Source: the human T2T-CHM13v2.0 reference genome, Homo sapiens. Taken from it: 64,000 bases of DNA. Where the stretch lies: NCBI RefSeq assembly GCF_009914755.1, contig NC_060928.1. One strand, written 5' to 3'. The translations under genes and the position numbers were made by a program. Shown here in pieces: positions 30,452 to 44,212 of the stretch; position 1 is the first letter of the stretch; every line of letters begins with the position of its first letter. The notes beneath the pieces are model-generated. The model had not been told where the DNA came from and did no database searches. It saw nothing but the letters and a program-made list of their open reading frames with translations.

Positions 30452-31339
30452 AGGGGCCCAAACGTGGGGGGCTCTTCCATTCCTGTATTACTTGATCGAA
30501 GAAATCTGTAGGTCAAACGCCCTTGCCAATTACAGTTGCTAGACTTTAAAGTGAAAATGCATTTTCTTGCCCTCACCATTTAAAAGCCAAAGCTCAGAAC
30601 TTTGAGTTTTAAGTGAAAGTCCCAAATGATGGGATTCAATTTCTTTCCCCCAGGTCACAGCCAAAGGGGTTGTCATGCACGGAGATGAGGGGCCGCACAG
30701 GCACTCTGGGGACCTGGGGCTTTCTTTCCTCAGGAGGCCCAGGGGCGCGGGTGAGGTGTCGGTTGCTTTGCACCCAGGCCACGCTGCTTCCAGGGGCCTT
30801 GTGGCTGGCAGAGTGGACCTGACGTTTCCCAGACGCCGTTGCGGGGGGCTCCTGTCCTGGGGAGGGCAGATTTTCTCCTGCGTGTGGGTAACTTGTAAGG
30901 TGGCAAGGCTGCGTTCCCCGGACCCCCGTCTGCGAGGATTCTCTGAGGTCCAGGTTTCCAACGCCTTTCTCTGGAAAGGTTTCGCCTTTGCTTCTCCCAG
31001 AAGCTTGGGTTGCCAGGACTCCCTCAAACTAAATTTTTGGCCTGGGGTTTTTCCAGTCATCTAGTGAGCGTGAGTTCTGGCCACACTGCCCCTGAGGTGG
31101 GCTTGTGACTGGAATTTCCTGGGGTGACCTTTTTCTGCTTTTCCCACTGCTTCCAGAGCCAAGGCGACGCGCCCACTGTCTCCCAGCTGGGTGGGCTTCC
31201 CCAGGCCGTCTGTGGGGCAGTCACCTCCTTGATCCTCCCGTGGGCAGGTCTCACGTCCCCTTTGCCTCTGGTTCCCTGTGTGCGTGGCTCACTCAAGCCA
31301 ATGGGAAAAACCCGGAAACTCTACAGAGAAGTAGGTAAA

Positions 31340-31800
31340 ATCCATGGACAGAGTGTGTAGAACAAGATAACAAATGGCTCTGAAACATAGGGAAAGAGGC
31401 TCGTAGTAAAGAAATGCAAATACAAGCTATGCGGAGATGCAGTTTCTCACATATCAGACTGGCAGAGATTCAAAAGCGCGACTGCGGTGGAGGAGGCCGT
31501 GGGAAACTGGCTCCCTCAGACACTAGGAGGGAAACTGTCCTTCACCCGAGGGAGCGGAAGGTGGCAGTAGCTAACAAAATTACACTGGCTTTGCCCCTTG
31601 ACCCAGCGATTCCATTTCTAGGAATTTCCCCCGAGGTGACACCTCTGCAAATAGGGAACAGTGCATGCTTGAGGGATGCAGCACAGCCTCATTTGTCACA
31701 GCTAGACACTGGGAACGACCTGAGTGCTCATTCACCAGGCAGGGCTGTGCAAATGGGAACAGCCACAGCGCGGGGCATCATGTGGCCGTGGGGAGCCTGG
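31340..31800 (+). mobile_element. Old L1M ORF2 3' fragment
   Basis: LPLDPAIPFLGISP matches L1 ORF2 LPYDPAIPLLGIYP. Confidence 0.8.
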
Positions 31801-31921
31801 GGGGCCTGGGGGGACTGGGGAGAACTCAGGGAGTCGGAGCACGGGAGGACAGACAGGCTGCTCAGTGTGGCAGGTGCAGCGCCGAGGCCGCCTGCAGGTG
31901 GGTGAGAAGGGGGTGTAAGGG

Positions 31922-34565
31922 GACACACACACACACCACACATGCACATGCAAACCACACACACAAATCACACACACACATAAGCCACACACACAAATCA
32001 CACACTCAGACGCACCACACACGCACATGTAAACCACACACACAATCACACACCACACACACGTAAACCACACACACAAATCACACACATCAGATACACC
32101 ACACATGCACATGTAAACCACACACAATCACACACCACATGCACCATACACGCACATGTAAACCACATACAAATCACACACACTACACACACACTTAAAC
32201 CACACACACAAACCACACACATCAGACACACCACACATGCACATGTAAACCACACACACAATCACGCACACCACACACGCACATGTAAGCCACACACACA
32301 AATCACACACATCAGACACACCACACATGCACATGGAGACCACACACACAAATCACACACACCACATACACACATAAACCACACACACACAAATCACACA
32401 CATCATACACACACACATAATCCACACACACACAAATCACGGCACACACCATACACGCACATGTAAACCACACACACACAAATCATATACACGCACACAC
32501 ACCACACACGTCAAGTATACACACAAAAATCACACATTCCTTCACTACACACGCATACATAAACTACACACAGAAATCACACAGGCAGACACACTACACA
32601 TGCATATGTAAATTACACACACATAAACTACACACACAACCTATACACACAAATCATACACGCACTATACATGCACATATAAACTACACACTATACACAC
32701 ACAAATCACCCACATGCACACACACGGCACATACTACACCTACACCTGTGAACTACACACATACATAAACTACACACACAAACTACACACAGATATACAC
32801 CACACACACAAAGTACACACACATAAACCACACAAACTACACACACATAAACCACACACACAAACTATACATACACATATAAACCACACACACAAACTAC
32901 ACACACATAAACTTCACACACAAACTACACATACATATAAATGATACACAAACTATTCACACACAAACTACACACACAAACCACACACACATATAAACCA
33001 CACAAACCACACACACATAAACTACACACACAAACTGTTCACATATATAAAAGCACAAAGTACACACAAACTATACACACAAACCACACACACATATAAA
33101 CCACACACACAAAGTACACACACAAACCATACACATACATATAAACCACACACACAAAGTACACACACATAAACTATACACAAACTACACACACACATAA
33201 ACCACATACACAAACTATACACAAACACATAAACTACACACACAAACTACATACACATATAAACCACACACAAAGTACACACATGTAAACTGCACACACT
33301 AACTATACACACAAAGTGCACACACAAGCTACACACAAACCACACACACATACAAACCACATACACAAACTATACACAAACACATAAACTACACACACAA
33401 ACTACATGCACATATAAACCACACACTTAAAGTACACATTCATAAACTACACACACAAACTATACACACATATAAACCACACACACAAAGTACACACATG
33501 TAAACTGCACACACAAACTATACACACACATATAAATCACACACAAAGTATACACATGTAAACTGCACACACAAACTATACACACACAAATAAACCACAC
33601 ACACAAAGTACACACACATAAAGTACACACGAACCACACACACACATATAAACCACATACACACACTATACACAAACACATAAACTACACACACAAACTA
33701 CACGCACATGTAAACCCCACACACAAAGTACACTTTCATAAACTACACACACAAACTATACACACATATAAACCACACACACAAAGTACACACATGTAAA
33801 CTGCACACACAAACTATACACACATATAAATCACACACACAAAGTACACACACATAAACTACACATGCAAACTATACACACACATATAAACCCCACACAC
33901 AAAGTACACACACGTAAACTACACACAGAAATGATACACATATAAACCACACACACAAACTACACATACATAAACTACACACAGAAGCTATACACACACA
34001 TATAAACCACACACACAAACTACACACACATAAATCACACACAAACTACACACACAAACTCTACACACACATATAAACCACACACACAACCTACACACAC
34101 ATAAACTTCACAAACTACACATTCATATAAACAATACACACACAAACTACACACACATATAAACCACACACACAAACTACACACACATAAACTGCACACA
34201 GAAACTCTACACACACACATACAAACTAGGCAAACTATACACACCCATATAAACCACACACACAAACTATACCCACATAAACTTCACACACAAACTATCC
34301 ATTCATATAAATGATACACACACAAACTACACACACACATATAAACCACACACACAAAGTATACACACATAAACTACACACATATAAACTACACATGCAA
34401 ACTATATGCACATAAACTACACACACAGACTACACACATATAAACTACATATGCAAACTATACACATGCACATAAACCACACACACAAACTGTACACACA
34501 ATATAAACCATACACACGAGTTACACACACATGTAAACTACATACAGAAACTACACACACACATA
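31922..34565. repeat. 2.6-kb complex (CA)-rich array
   Basis: Recurrent aaaccacacac / aaactacacac / aaagtacacac modules. Confidence 0.98.
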
Positions 34566-35467
34566 AATAACCACCAGGTGGGAGGACTGGGTGGAGTGAG
34601 AAGTCAGAGAATCCTTTACATAGGTGTTGACTTTTGAAACACGTAAATGTTTACACGTTCAGAAATAGAATTAAATTGACAAGCACCAAAAAATTGAGCA
34701 ATGAATTCAAACAGAAATCAATGAACCTAAAACAATTGACAGCAACACCAGATGGAAACAAGAATGGAAGCGGCTTTCGAAGGGGCCTCTGGCTGTGGGG
34801 ACCCGCAGCTCCGCGTCGCAGGCCGGCTTTGTCACAGCAGCAGTGCTGCTGTGGTCGTCTGAAACCACTGTCTGTGGATTAAGGGCTGGTCACCCCCAGC
34901 AGCTTGGTGGTCCTCCTCGGAACCAGGACTCTTTCTCTCGCTGGGAGGCGGGAGATAGGGATGTGGAACGGGAGACAAAGAGGGTTCCCGGGGGCTTGTG
35001 CTTGGACTGGAAGCGGCAGCAATAACTCATAATTCAAAAAACATCCATTTTCTGTCTCTAACCACTGAAAGGAGCTAACATGGGTGCTACCCAAGCACAG
35101 AGGCACACGGGTGGTTTCCGAAGCTGTGCGGCACGGTGGGGCCTAAGTCTGGATCTTGGTGGAGGTGGGCACAGGATGAGCCGGAGTATGGATCGCGTTG
35201 CGCCAGGAGGGCCGATGCACTTGAGGACAGACGGGGATGCCTCAACAGGCCAAAAAGGCCAGGTGGAAGGGGCTCTGGCGGCCAAATTTGAGACATAGGA
35301 TGAAGAGCATTGGATGAACAGTATAGTCCATGGCGGCCCTAGAAGGAGGGAGCACTTCCTCCTAGAACAATCCAGCCAACGTGGGAGAGGCGATGGGTTT
35401 GAAAGTCCCCATTTGTGCACTCCCCCTGGAATGAACACATTCAGGTGAAGATCAGCAGCGGATGTTG

Positions 35468-35895
35468 AAGTCGGCTGAATAGCATCCCCAAGGCAGGTGC
35501 CTGTCCTAAGCCCCAGAACCTGTAATCACAGGTCCCCTTGTATGGCAAGAAGGGCTTTGCAAATGTGGCTAAGTGAGGGACCTGGAGACGGGGAGGCCAC
35601 CCTGGATTATCCAGGTGGGCTCTGGTGATCTTCAGGGTCCTTTTAAGAGGGAGGCAGGAGGGTCAGAGCCTGAGGAGGGGATGCAGTGATGGACGCGGAG
35701 CTTGGAGGGATGGGGTTTGGAAACGGAGGAAAGGGCCACACATGTACCCAGGAACACAGGCAGAAGGAATGCAGCCCTGCCGACACCGATCTCGGCCCGG
35801 TGTGACCCATTTTAGACTTCCGGTCTACAGAGCTGGAAGAGAACACACCTGTGTTGTTTGTGGTAATCTGTTACAGCAGCCACAGGCAACTAACT
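35468..35895 (+). mobile_element. MLT1C/D MaLR LTR within L1M-derived sequence
   Basis: ccctggattatccaggtgggc...agggtccttttaagagggaggcaggagggtcaga...ggtaatctgttacagcagc. Confidence 0.85.
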
Positions 35896-36465
35896 CGGGT
35901 GCCAAAGCCATTGAGTTAAGGGCTGTTGGGGAACAGGATATTCACGCTCCTAGGACCACCAGTTACAAAGGGGAGGGGGGACTTACGCAGGAGCAGCTGG
36001 CGACAGTCCTTCCCCCATGACTGGATGTAGCATCACCTGGGAGGTACAGCTGACATGTCCCCTGCTGTGACGGGCGGAGGACAGCGTCTCCTGTGAGTGT
36101 TGCTGCACAAAACACCACACCCGAATTTCACGCTGGGCCAGTCCGGGTTATGCTGCATCCTGCCGGACAGCTGGCCAGACCCTGGAAGCCAGTGGTGTCA
36201 CTAAAGGAAAAGAGCTCGTCTGGTGTAAGAGGCACCGGAGAGCCCTGTCAACGCCTGCAACGTGTGTTTCTCTGGGACTTTTGGATCCTATATACGTATA
36301 TGTGGCTGGAAAGGACAATTTTGGAGAATTGGGACATTTTGAGTATTTGCTGTGCACTAGGCATCATTATTGTGTCCGTGTTAATAACGAGTTATGTTTT
36401 AGCAATGCTGGAGATGTGTGTGTCTCTGTGTCTGTGTCTGCCCCACAGCTGTGGGGGTGAGGGAG

Positions 36466-37914
36466 GAAGCTGGAGTGCAGGGCACCCTGGTGCTGTTCTC
36501 GCAACTGTGTTCTGATTGCCTCTCTTGTGTGCATGCCCCGTGAGCCCCTCTGCAAGTCCCCGGCTAGCATGGCCTGGGGATCCTCTCTGCCTGCTGTTCC
36601 CATGACCAGGATGATTCTTCTTCTTTGCTTCTGGGTCTCGCTCTGTTGCCCAGGCTGGAATGCAGTGGCATCATCTCAGCTCACTGCAGCTTCGACCACC
36701 TGGGCTCCAGCGATCCGCCCCCTCGGCCTCCCAAGTAGCTGGGATTGCAGGTGCACGCCACCACGCCTGGCTAATTTTTGATTTTTATAGAGATGGGGTT
36801 TCGCCATGTTGCCCAGGCTGTTCTCAAACTCCTGTCCTCAAGTGATCCTTCTGCCTCTGCCTTCAAAGTGCTGGAATTACAGGCATGAGCCACCTTGCTC
36901 GGCCTTCTCCTTCACGTTTTTTGGGAAGTAGGGAAATAAAAACGCACAGCACCATCTTTTTCCAGTTTGGGGAACTAGCTGGGTGATGAATGGAAGCATA
37001 TCCGTGTTGTCCAGTGGAATTCCTCATGTGTATACTTGACGGAGGCAGACAGCAGCAGAATCTGGAGCCCGCACCCCATCCTGGAGGTGTGGGGGATGCT
37101 GCGTCTGCATCTCCGGGCGGGACCGGGCTCTTGCATTCAGCCTTGGCCTGCAGTGCCCATAGGGACCCGAGGAAGAGCAGTCTGGGCTCCCCAGCTTTGG
37201 CTGTATAAAACTCCTTGCACCTGGGTGGCTTAACACACCAGCTATCTTATTTAGCCGATGCTTGTTGGATCAGGTGACGGCTTCCCTGGTCTCAGCTGGT
37301 GGCAGTCACTCTGGTCAGCCAGTGGCTTGGAAGTTCTAGATGGTCTCCCTCCCTTGTTTGGTGCTGGGCTTGATGTCAGCTGGAGAGATGGGGATGACCG
37401 GGCTGGTGTCACCTTCCAGAGCCCCAGCACCTTCACGTAGAGGAGTCACAGGCTTCCTGCAAGCAAGGGAGAGCCAGCCCCAGGACGCGGTCAGAAGTGG
37501 TGCTCTAAGAAGCACAGCAGTGCCCAAAGCTTTGTGCAAAGCGGGTCCCTGCCAGGGGCCTCCCAGGCCCATGCGTGGCCTTGTCCCTGCTGCCCCCTGT
37601 CTGCCGCCCGCCTCCGACTGGATGCTCCAACTGGAGCTCCAGGAATCATCCTGGTCGTGGGAACAGCAGGCAGAGAGGATCATGCCCCAGCAGGCCATGC
37701 TGGCAGAGGCACTTGCAGAGGGGCTCACGGAGCGAAAACAGAAGAGAGGAAATTAGAACGTAGTTGCAAGAACAGTGCCAGGATGCCCTGCACTTCTGCT
37801 TCATGTGAGTGTATGAGGAAGAGAGGCCTCTCTCCTCTGCCTGCACGTGGTGAGCCCCACTGCGAGTTACCCGCCAGCATGGCCTGGTGGGGGGTGATCC
37901 CCTCTGCCCTGCTT
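36466..37914. repeat. Inverted duplication (36466-36617 vs 37643-37802) plus a third partial copy (37850-37914)
   Basis: Manual reverse-complement alignment, about 75-80% identity. Confidence 0.85.
36624..36904 (-). mobile_element. AluJ
   Basis: Antisense Alu. Imperfect TSD ttct(t/c)cttc. Confidence 0.9.
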
Positions 37915-38559
37915 CTCCAGCCTCTGTGGCACTGCAGGTCGCAAGGCCAGGCTCCTGTCAAGGGGTGGAGAAAGATGGTCTACTCCCCGATGGAGTCTCT
38001 GAGTTACATGGACAGATGTAAAGGGGTGTGCACACAGCATGTGAGGTGGGGGCTTGCGGCTGTTTTTGCCCCTTAGCACACACCTCACTCAGCCATCAGT
38101 GAAGCATCTGCTGCGTGCCGGTGAACCTCTGGGTTCCGGGATGGGCAATGCCTGGGACGGGGGACATTCCAGTGTGGAGAGCATCTGTCCATGGCTCACA
38201 GAACTTGGCTCATGCACCTCCAGCTGCAGAGGGCCAGGCTGAGATCCCACGTCACAGGTATTCCCCGCGTGGCCGGGACACCAAGGCAGGCCCGTGCCTG
38301 GGATGCTGGGCCCCTGCTGATGGTCATCCAGATGGCCTTGCGGACCTTCCTCAGCCTCCCAGGGCCCAGGGGCTGCCGCCTGGCCTCCCCGTGTTCGTCA
38401 AGGTCTCATGCTCACCAGCCTTCCTGGCCTCTGTGCTGCCACTCAGGGGTGGGTGCATCCCTCCATTCAAAAGTCTCCTTGCACATTTAATCCCGCTTGG
38501 TGTCTCCTCTGCAGAGGACCTGGAATAAGATGGCATGAAAACCAGAGTGAGAAGGGCTA

Positions 38560-38786
38560 TGCGGGTGGGAGAGGGCTGTGAGGTGGCGGGAGGGGGTGTG
38601 ACACAGGTGGGAGAGGGGTGTGAGGCCGACGGGAGGGGGGTGTGACACGTGGGAGAGGGGTGTGAGATGGGGGAGGGGGTGTGACACGGGTGGGAGAGGG
38701 GTGTGAGGTGGGGGGAGGGGGTGTGGCACGTGGGAGAGGGGTGTGAGGCGGACGGGAGGGGCGTGTGACACGTGGGAGAGGGGTGA
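38560..38786. repeat. G-rich ~40-bp minisatellite
   Basis: gtgggagaggggtgtgag...gggagggggtgtgacac repeated 5-6 times. Confidence 0.9.
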
Positions 38787-38850
38787 CTAGTTTTGGGAAA
38801 GTGGCCAGGGAAGGCCTCTCTTGAGGAGGCTGTGTTTATTCTGAGACTCC

Positions 38851-39498
38851 TGTCCAAGTGATGGAACATGGGAACAGAAAACCAAATACTACATGTTCTC
38901 GCTTGTAAGTGGGAGCTAAACATTGAGTACAGATGGACACATGGACACTGGCCCACTTGAGGGCGGAGGCGGGAGGAGGGTCAGCATAGAAAAACCACCT
39001 GTTGGCTGGGCGCAGTGGCTCCTGTCTGTCATCTCAGCACTTTGGGAGGCCAAGGCAGGTGGAACACGAGGTCAGGAGTTCAAGACCAGCCTGGCCAAGA
39101 TAGTGAAACCCCGTCTCTACTAAAAATACACAAAAAAATTTAGCCAGGTTTGGCGGAGGGTGCCTGTAATCCCAGCTACTCGGGAGGCTGAGGCAGAGAA
39201 TTGCTTGAACCAAGGAGGCAGAGGTTGCAGTGAGCCGAGATCGTGCCACTGCACTCCAGCCTTGGTGACAGAGCAAGACTCCATCTCAGAAAAAAAAACA
39301 AAACAAAAAACAAAAAACAAAAAAAAAAACAAAAAAAAACCACCTGTCGGTACAATGCACAGTGCCTGGGTGATGAAATAATCTGTACACCAAGACCCCG
39401 TGACACGCGGTTTACCCGTGTAACAGACCTGCACGTGTATACCTAGAACCTCAAATAGAAGTTGGAAGGAAAAAAAAAGAAACAACAAACAAAAATAA
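38851..39498 (+). mobile_element. 5'-truncated older L1PA/L1PB 3' end with an inserted AluS (39004-39338)
   Basis: catgttctcgcttgtaagtgggagctaaaca. L1 TSD tctgagactcc (38840-38850 / 39499-39509). Alu TSD aaaaaccacctgt. Confidence 0.88.
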
Positions 39499-41254
39499 TC
39501 TGAGACTCCCTGAAGGATGAGAACGGGCTGAGCGGGGCCACAGGAGCCCGCACCGGGTCCGCGGAAGGAACTCACACTCCTGCTTCAAGGTGTGGAAGGC
39601 GACCCAAGAGGCGGTACACAGACCGCGAGGGAGCGTGCTGTGAGAAGCTCAGGGAGACAGGGCCTGGGAGGCCAGGTGAGGTGTGGGCACAGCCAGGGAG
39701 AAACACTGGTGACCCGAGACGCACGGGAACTCGCAGTCACTTGACCAAGTAGCGGCCACGTTTGCGCCACACTTCCATAAACGTGACCAGTAAGGAAGCG
39801 ACAAGCCTGAAGGGTCCTGACCATTTATTACTCAGGGTACAGCATGTCCTTATCCCTCTGCCTTGTCCCCCACATCTCAGGGGGCAAACAGAGCAGGTTT
39901 GTGTCAGCCGAGGAAACCCTTGATCTTCTAAGGGGACTGCTAGCCATCTCGCCCCCATCTTTGCCACAGAAAAGACGGTATCCTTTTGCCCTGGAAGATA
40001 AACCAACGTCTCGGGGAGAGGAGGGGCCGCAGGTTTATTTCCCAGAAATGTGTGCAAATCTGCAGACACAGCAGGGAGGTTTTGCTCTCCTGCATGCCTC
40101 CAGCGGGCTCTGGCTTGCAAGAATGTCTCATGCAGGCATTCTTCCAGTGCCCTGTGCTTTGAAAAATACGCAGAAAAGCCAGAATTATGGAGGGCAGCCT
40201 CCTGGGCTTGTGGGTGTTGGGCAGGTGGAGGGAGACGTATGGAATCTTCTGGTCTCCAGGCAGCTGTGCAGTGCACCGGTCGGTGGGATCAGTCAAGGAG
40301 GTTCAGAGCAGGATGGAGGAACCGCTCCAGGGATTTCCAGCAGAGAGGGGTTTGTTGCAGGGAAGGAGATGGATCCTGGGACCCTGGAGTTCGCACCCCT
40401 GCTCTGTCTGCTGCAGTGCTCCGGGGGTACACAGCCCAGCCCAGGGTCGCCCCGGTCATGTGCCCCCAGCACCAGCCCCTGGGCCTTTTATATGTTTCTG
40501 GGATGCTGCCTGTCTTCCAGTGCCATCAGGAAAGGCTCGGGGAGCTGGGCCTCACTGGACGCCATACCCCTCCCGCTGGAACAGTGCGTAGGTGTTCCGC
40601 CCTCCAGGGCAGACTGACCGCAGGATGAACGCCCCCGCCCCACAGGTGCCCAGCGCTTCACAGCTCACAGAGCCCTTCGACCTCCCTGGCCTGGGATGAC
40701 CCTCTCAACACCCCCAGGAGGAGACACCGGTGCTGCCTTCAGCAGGGAAACCTGGGCTTGGATAGGTGCAGCGGCTCCTCCAAGGTGGCCAAGCTGCCTG
40801 GCCCTCGCTCATGAATTCTGAGTAGCCCCTCCTGTCACTGCCACCCACTGCTCTCCCCGGAGGCCTGTGTGTCCTTTGTTCTCTCCTGAGGATGGCTGTG
40901 GCCTCCTCCTGTTCCTGACAGGGCCCGGTGCCCACTGGCTCATGTCAGAGTTCAGGCCTGAGGGGAGGGGTGTTTGTGCTAACAGGAGGCAGAGGGCAGC
41001 CTGCCAGTCTGGCCCTGTGGCCACCTGAGCTGTCCCCTGGGACCCGTGGCTTCATGACTCTGACCCAGTGGATGCTGTCTTCATAGTCTGAGTGGGAGCC
41101 AGGTTTGACCTTGGAGTGCCTGGGGCATAGAGTCCCTGTCCTCTGGAGGAAGAGATGGTCATCCCTTTTCATGCTGACTGGCCCCAGGGCAGGACCTGCT
41201 CTTTTGGACCCTAAAAGGGACAAGGCCTGGTGGCAGAGCAGAGCTGGGGCTCAG

Positions 41255-41368
41255 GAGAGGGAGACGGGTGGGAGGAAGGGAGGAAGAGGAAGAGAAGGAG
41301 GAAAGGGGGAGATGAGGAAGGGGGAGGAAGAGGAGGAGGAGGAGAAGGAAGAGGAGGAGGAGGAGATG
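41255..41368. repeat. Polypurine (GGA/GAA) tract
   Basis: Direct inspection. Confidence 0.9.
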
Positions 41369-42666
41369 ACTCAGGCACCCACGGCATTACTGTGGCAGGC
41401 TGGCCCTCGGTTTCCCCAGCAGTAAATGAAGAGATGGGGTCAAGGGGCCCAGGCCCCCTTCCAGATCTGAGACCTGCGCATCAGGCTGTCTGTATTCAGA
41501 GGAAGCCGGGGATGGCAGCTCCCAGCCGTGGGCTCGGCCTTCATTCACTGTACAGGCTCATCCATTCACCCAGTGAACCCTCCCGAGTCCCTTCATGAGG
41601 GCGGCCTCGCAGGGACTTTGGTCTCGGCTCTGCCCTGTCCTGGCCTTGGGACCCTGGGTGAGCTGAGGCAACCCAGTTTCCTGGTCTGTGACTCCAGGCT
41701 CTGTCCTCGCCCCATCGCCCCCCATCGTGGCACAGGTTCGAGGGTGTTGGCTTGCCTGGCCTCCTGAGGGCCTTCTGGGGTTAAAGTCTTCTATCCTGAG
41801 GCTGAGACCAGGGCTGGGGAGGAGGTTCAGCCCCTGTGGACTTTATCCTCCCTCTCCACGGCTGAGTCTTGATTTACAGCTGGAAGGGCAGACGGAGGCA
41901 TCTTGGTGTATACACAGCCCTGCTGGGCCACATCCCGGGTCTCCTCCCTCTGCGATGCCATAGCAGGGGCGCCTTCCGAAAGCCCTCTGGATTGAGGCAG
42001 CAGGATCTATGGTGGAACCTGCCCCGGCGTCGCCAACGCCCCTAGGACCCCAGCACACTGACTGGGGAGCATCCCTGTGTCGTTTCTGCCCGGAGAGGAG
42101 CAGAGGCCAGGCTGCTGCTCTGGGAGGTGAGTGTCATGCCTGGGAACACAGCGGGGACCCCAGGGAGGGAGAGCAGGTGTTTGCTCCCTGGGCTCTGCCT
42201 GGTGGTCCTGACAGCAGTCCTGACTGTTGCGAAGGCTGTTTTTTGGTGGCTTCCTTAGGGTCCTCGCTGTGCTCTCGGTCCCAGCACTGTCTGCTCTCCT
42301 TCCTGGTTATTTGAATGACCCGGCTCCTGTTGCTGTATCCCGGGTCCTGACCTCCCCTGAGATGGACTCTGTTCAGGCTAGACTGCCTCAAGGGACCCGC
42401 TTCAGTCTATTTGTGGCAGAAAAGGTTAGCTGGCTCCTGGGAAATGTCAGGGGATAAGTCAAAGCTGGCCAGCGGCAAGGCCCAGTGACGCCCTGTCATT
42501 TTATGACTCCCTTTTCTTAATCAGTCGAGGAGAAAAACAAGCAATGAAGGATTTTCCATGGCAACCACCAGCAGGGCAGTGTTCTCTCCCTACCTGAGCT
42601 TGTTTTAAGAAGAGGGGTCTGGCCAGAGGCTGCTGACCCTGGCCCCAGAGGGCAGGGGTCGAGTGT

Positions 42667-43335
42667 CCTGGAGTGTGACTCCCAGGCACCTGGGCTTGGG
42701 CTGGGCCCCTGGAGCAGGCGCAGCTAATCTGGCCAATCTACTCCTTCACACTCATGGAGCAAATGGGGAAACAACCCAGAGAGGGGCAGCCCAAGGAAGC
42801 AAATTTGTAGAGCCTGACACTCTGAGAGAGCTCTCAGAAGGATACTAGTCTTCTAAACCAGAAACTTATTCATATAATAATAATAATGTTTATAATAATA
42901 ACATTATTAATTCCTTCACCATCCACCCACTTACTCACCCTCTTACCCATCTGTCCATTCAACTCATCCACCCCCACATCCAGCCAGCTTCCATCCTATC
43001 ATACATTCATCCACCTACCCGTCCACCCTTTCATCCTTCCTTTCTTTCATCACCCACCCATCCTCTCACTCATTCATTCATCCATCCACCCATCCATCCA
43101 TCTACCCATTCATCCACCCATTCATTTATTCACTCTCCCATCCACCCATCCATTCACCCTTTCTTTCTTTCATCATCCATCTATCCACCCATCCATCCAT
43201 TCATCCACATATTCGTCCACCCATTCATTATTCACTTATCTATCCATCCTTCCAACCATCCATCCATTCATCCACCTATTCTATTCACCCACCCATCCTT
43301 TCATGCTTTCTTTCTTTCATCATCCATCCATCCAT

Positions 43336-43371
<36 letters not shown>

Positions 43372-44212
43372 CCATCCACCTATTCCATTCACCCACCTAT
43401 CCATTCATTCACTCACTCATCCATCCATCCACCCATCCGTCCTCCCTTTCTTTCATCACCCACCCATCCATTCACTCACCCATCATCCATCCACCCAGCT
43501 AGCCAGCTTCCATGTCTATATCCAACTACTCACTCATCCATTCACCCATCAACCTAACTAAACTTGTTTTCTCCCATGTAACACAATACTTATCCACCCA
43601 TCCATCCGTCAACCTACCCAACCACCCCATAACACGCCCACATCCTTCCCTTTGCCCATCTGTACACATACTTATCTACCTCTCCTATACCCATATACCC
43701 ATGACATCCACTCACCCATTCATGCATGATCCTCCTACACATTCACTCACTTACCCATTGACTGCTTCACCTACTTATCCACTACTCCCCATTCACCCAT
43801 ACCCTCATAAAACTTCTATCCATCCATTCTATCCACCTACTCAAACAACCACCTATCAACCCATCTACCCATCAGACTGTGGTCCACCCACCTATCCATC
43901 CACCCATCTACCCATCTACCCAAAGACCCATCATCCATCCTCTATCCACCCATCTATCCATCCATCCATCCATCCATCCATCCATCCATCCATCCATCCA
44001 AACACCACACATCACTCGTATGACTTTAGAAGCTTTGTCCACAGATTCCAACTCAGCTTTGAGATTTGGATCATCCAAATTTGCTTCCTGGGCTGCCCCT
44101 CTGGTCTGTTTCCCCATCTGCTCCACGAGTGTGAAGGAGTAGATCAGCCAGATTAGCTGCGCCTGCTTCAGGACTCCAGCCAAGTTTGGGTGTCTGGGAG
44201 CCACACTCCAGG
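42667..44212. repeat. Inverted duplication (42667-42807 vs 44076-44212) bracketing a (CCAT)n array (42915-44000)
   Basis: Manual reverse-complement alignment, about 85% identity. Confidence 0.9.

Noticed and set aside
29128-30511. Cys/His-rich 26-aa-repeat ORFs (metallothionein/KRTAP-like look) and a CRISPR-like appearance
   Set aside because: A 78-bp VNTR open in several frames on both strands. No unique spacers or cas genes, and the context is eukaryotic.
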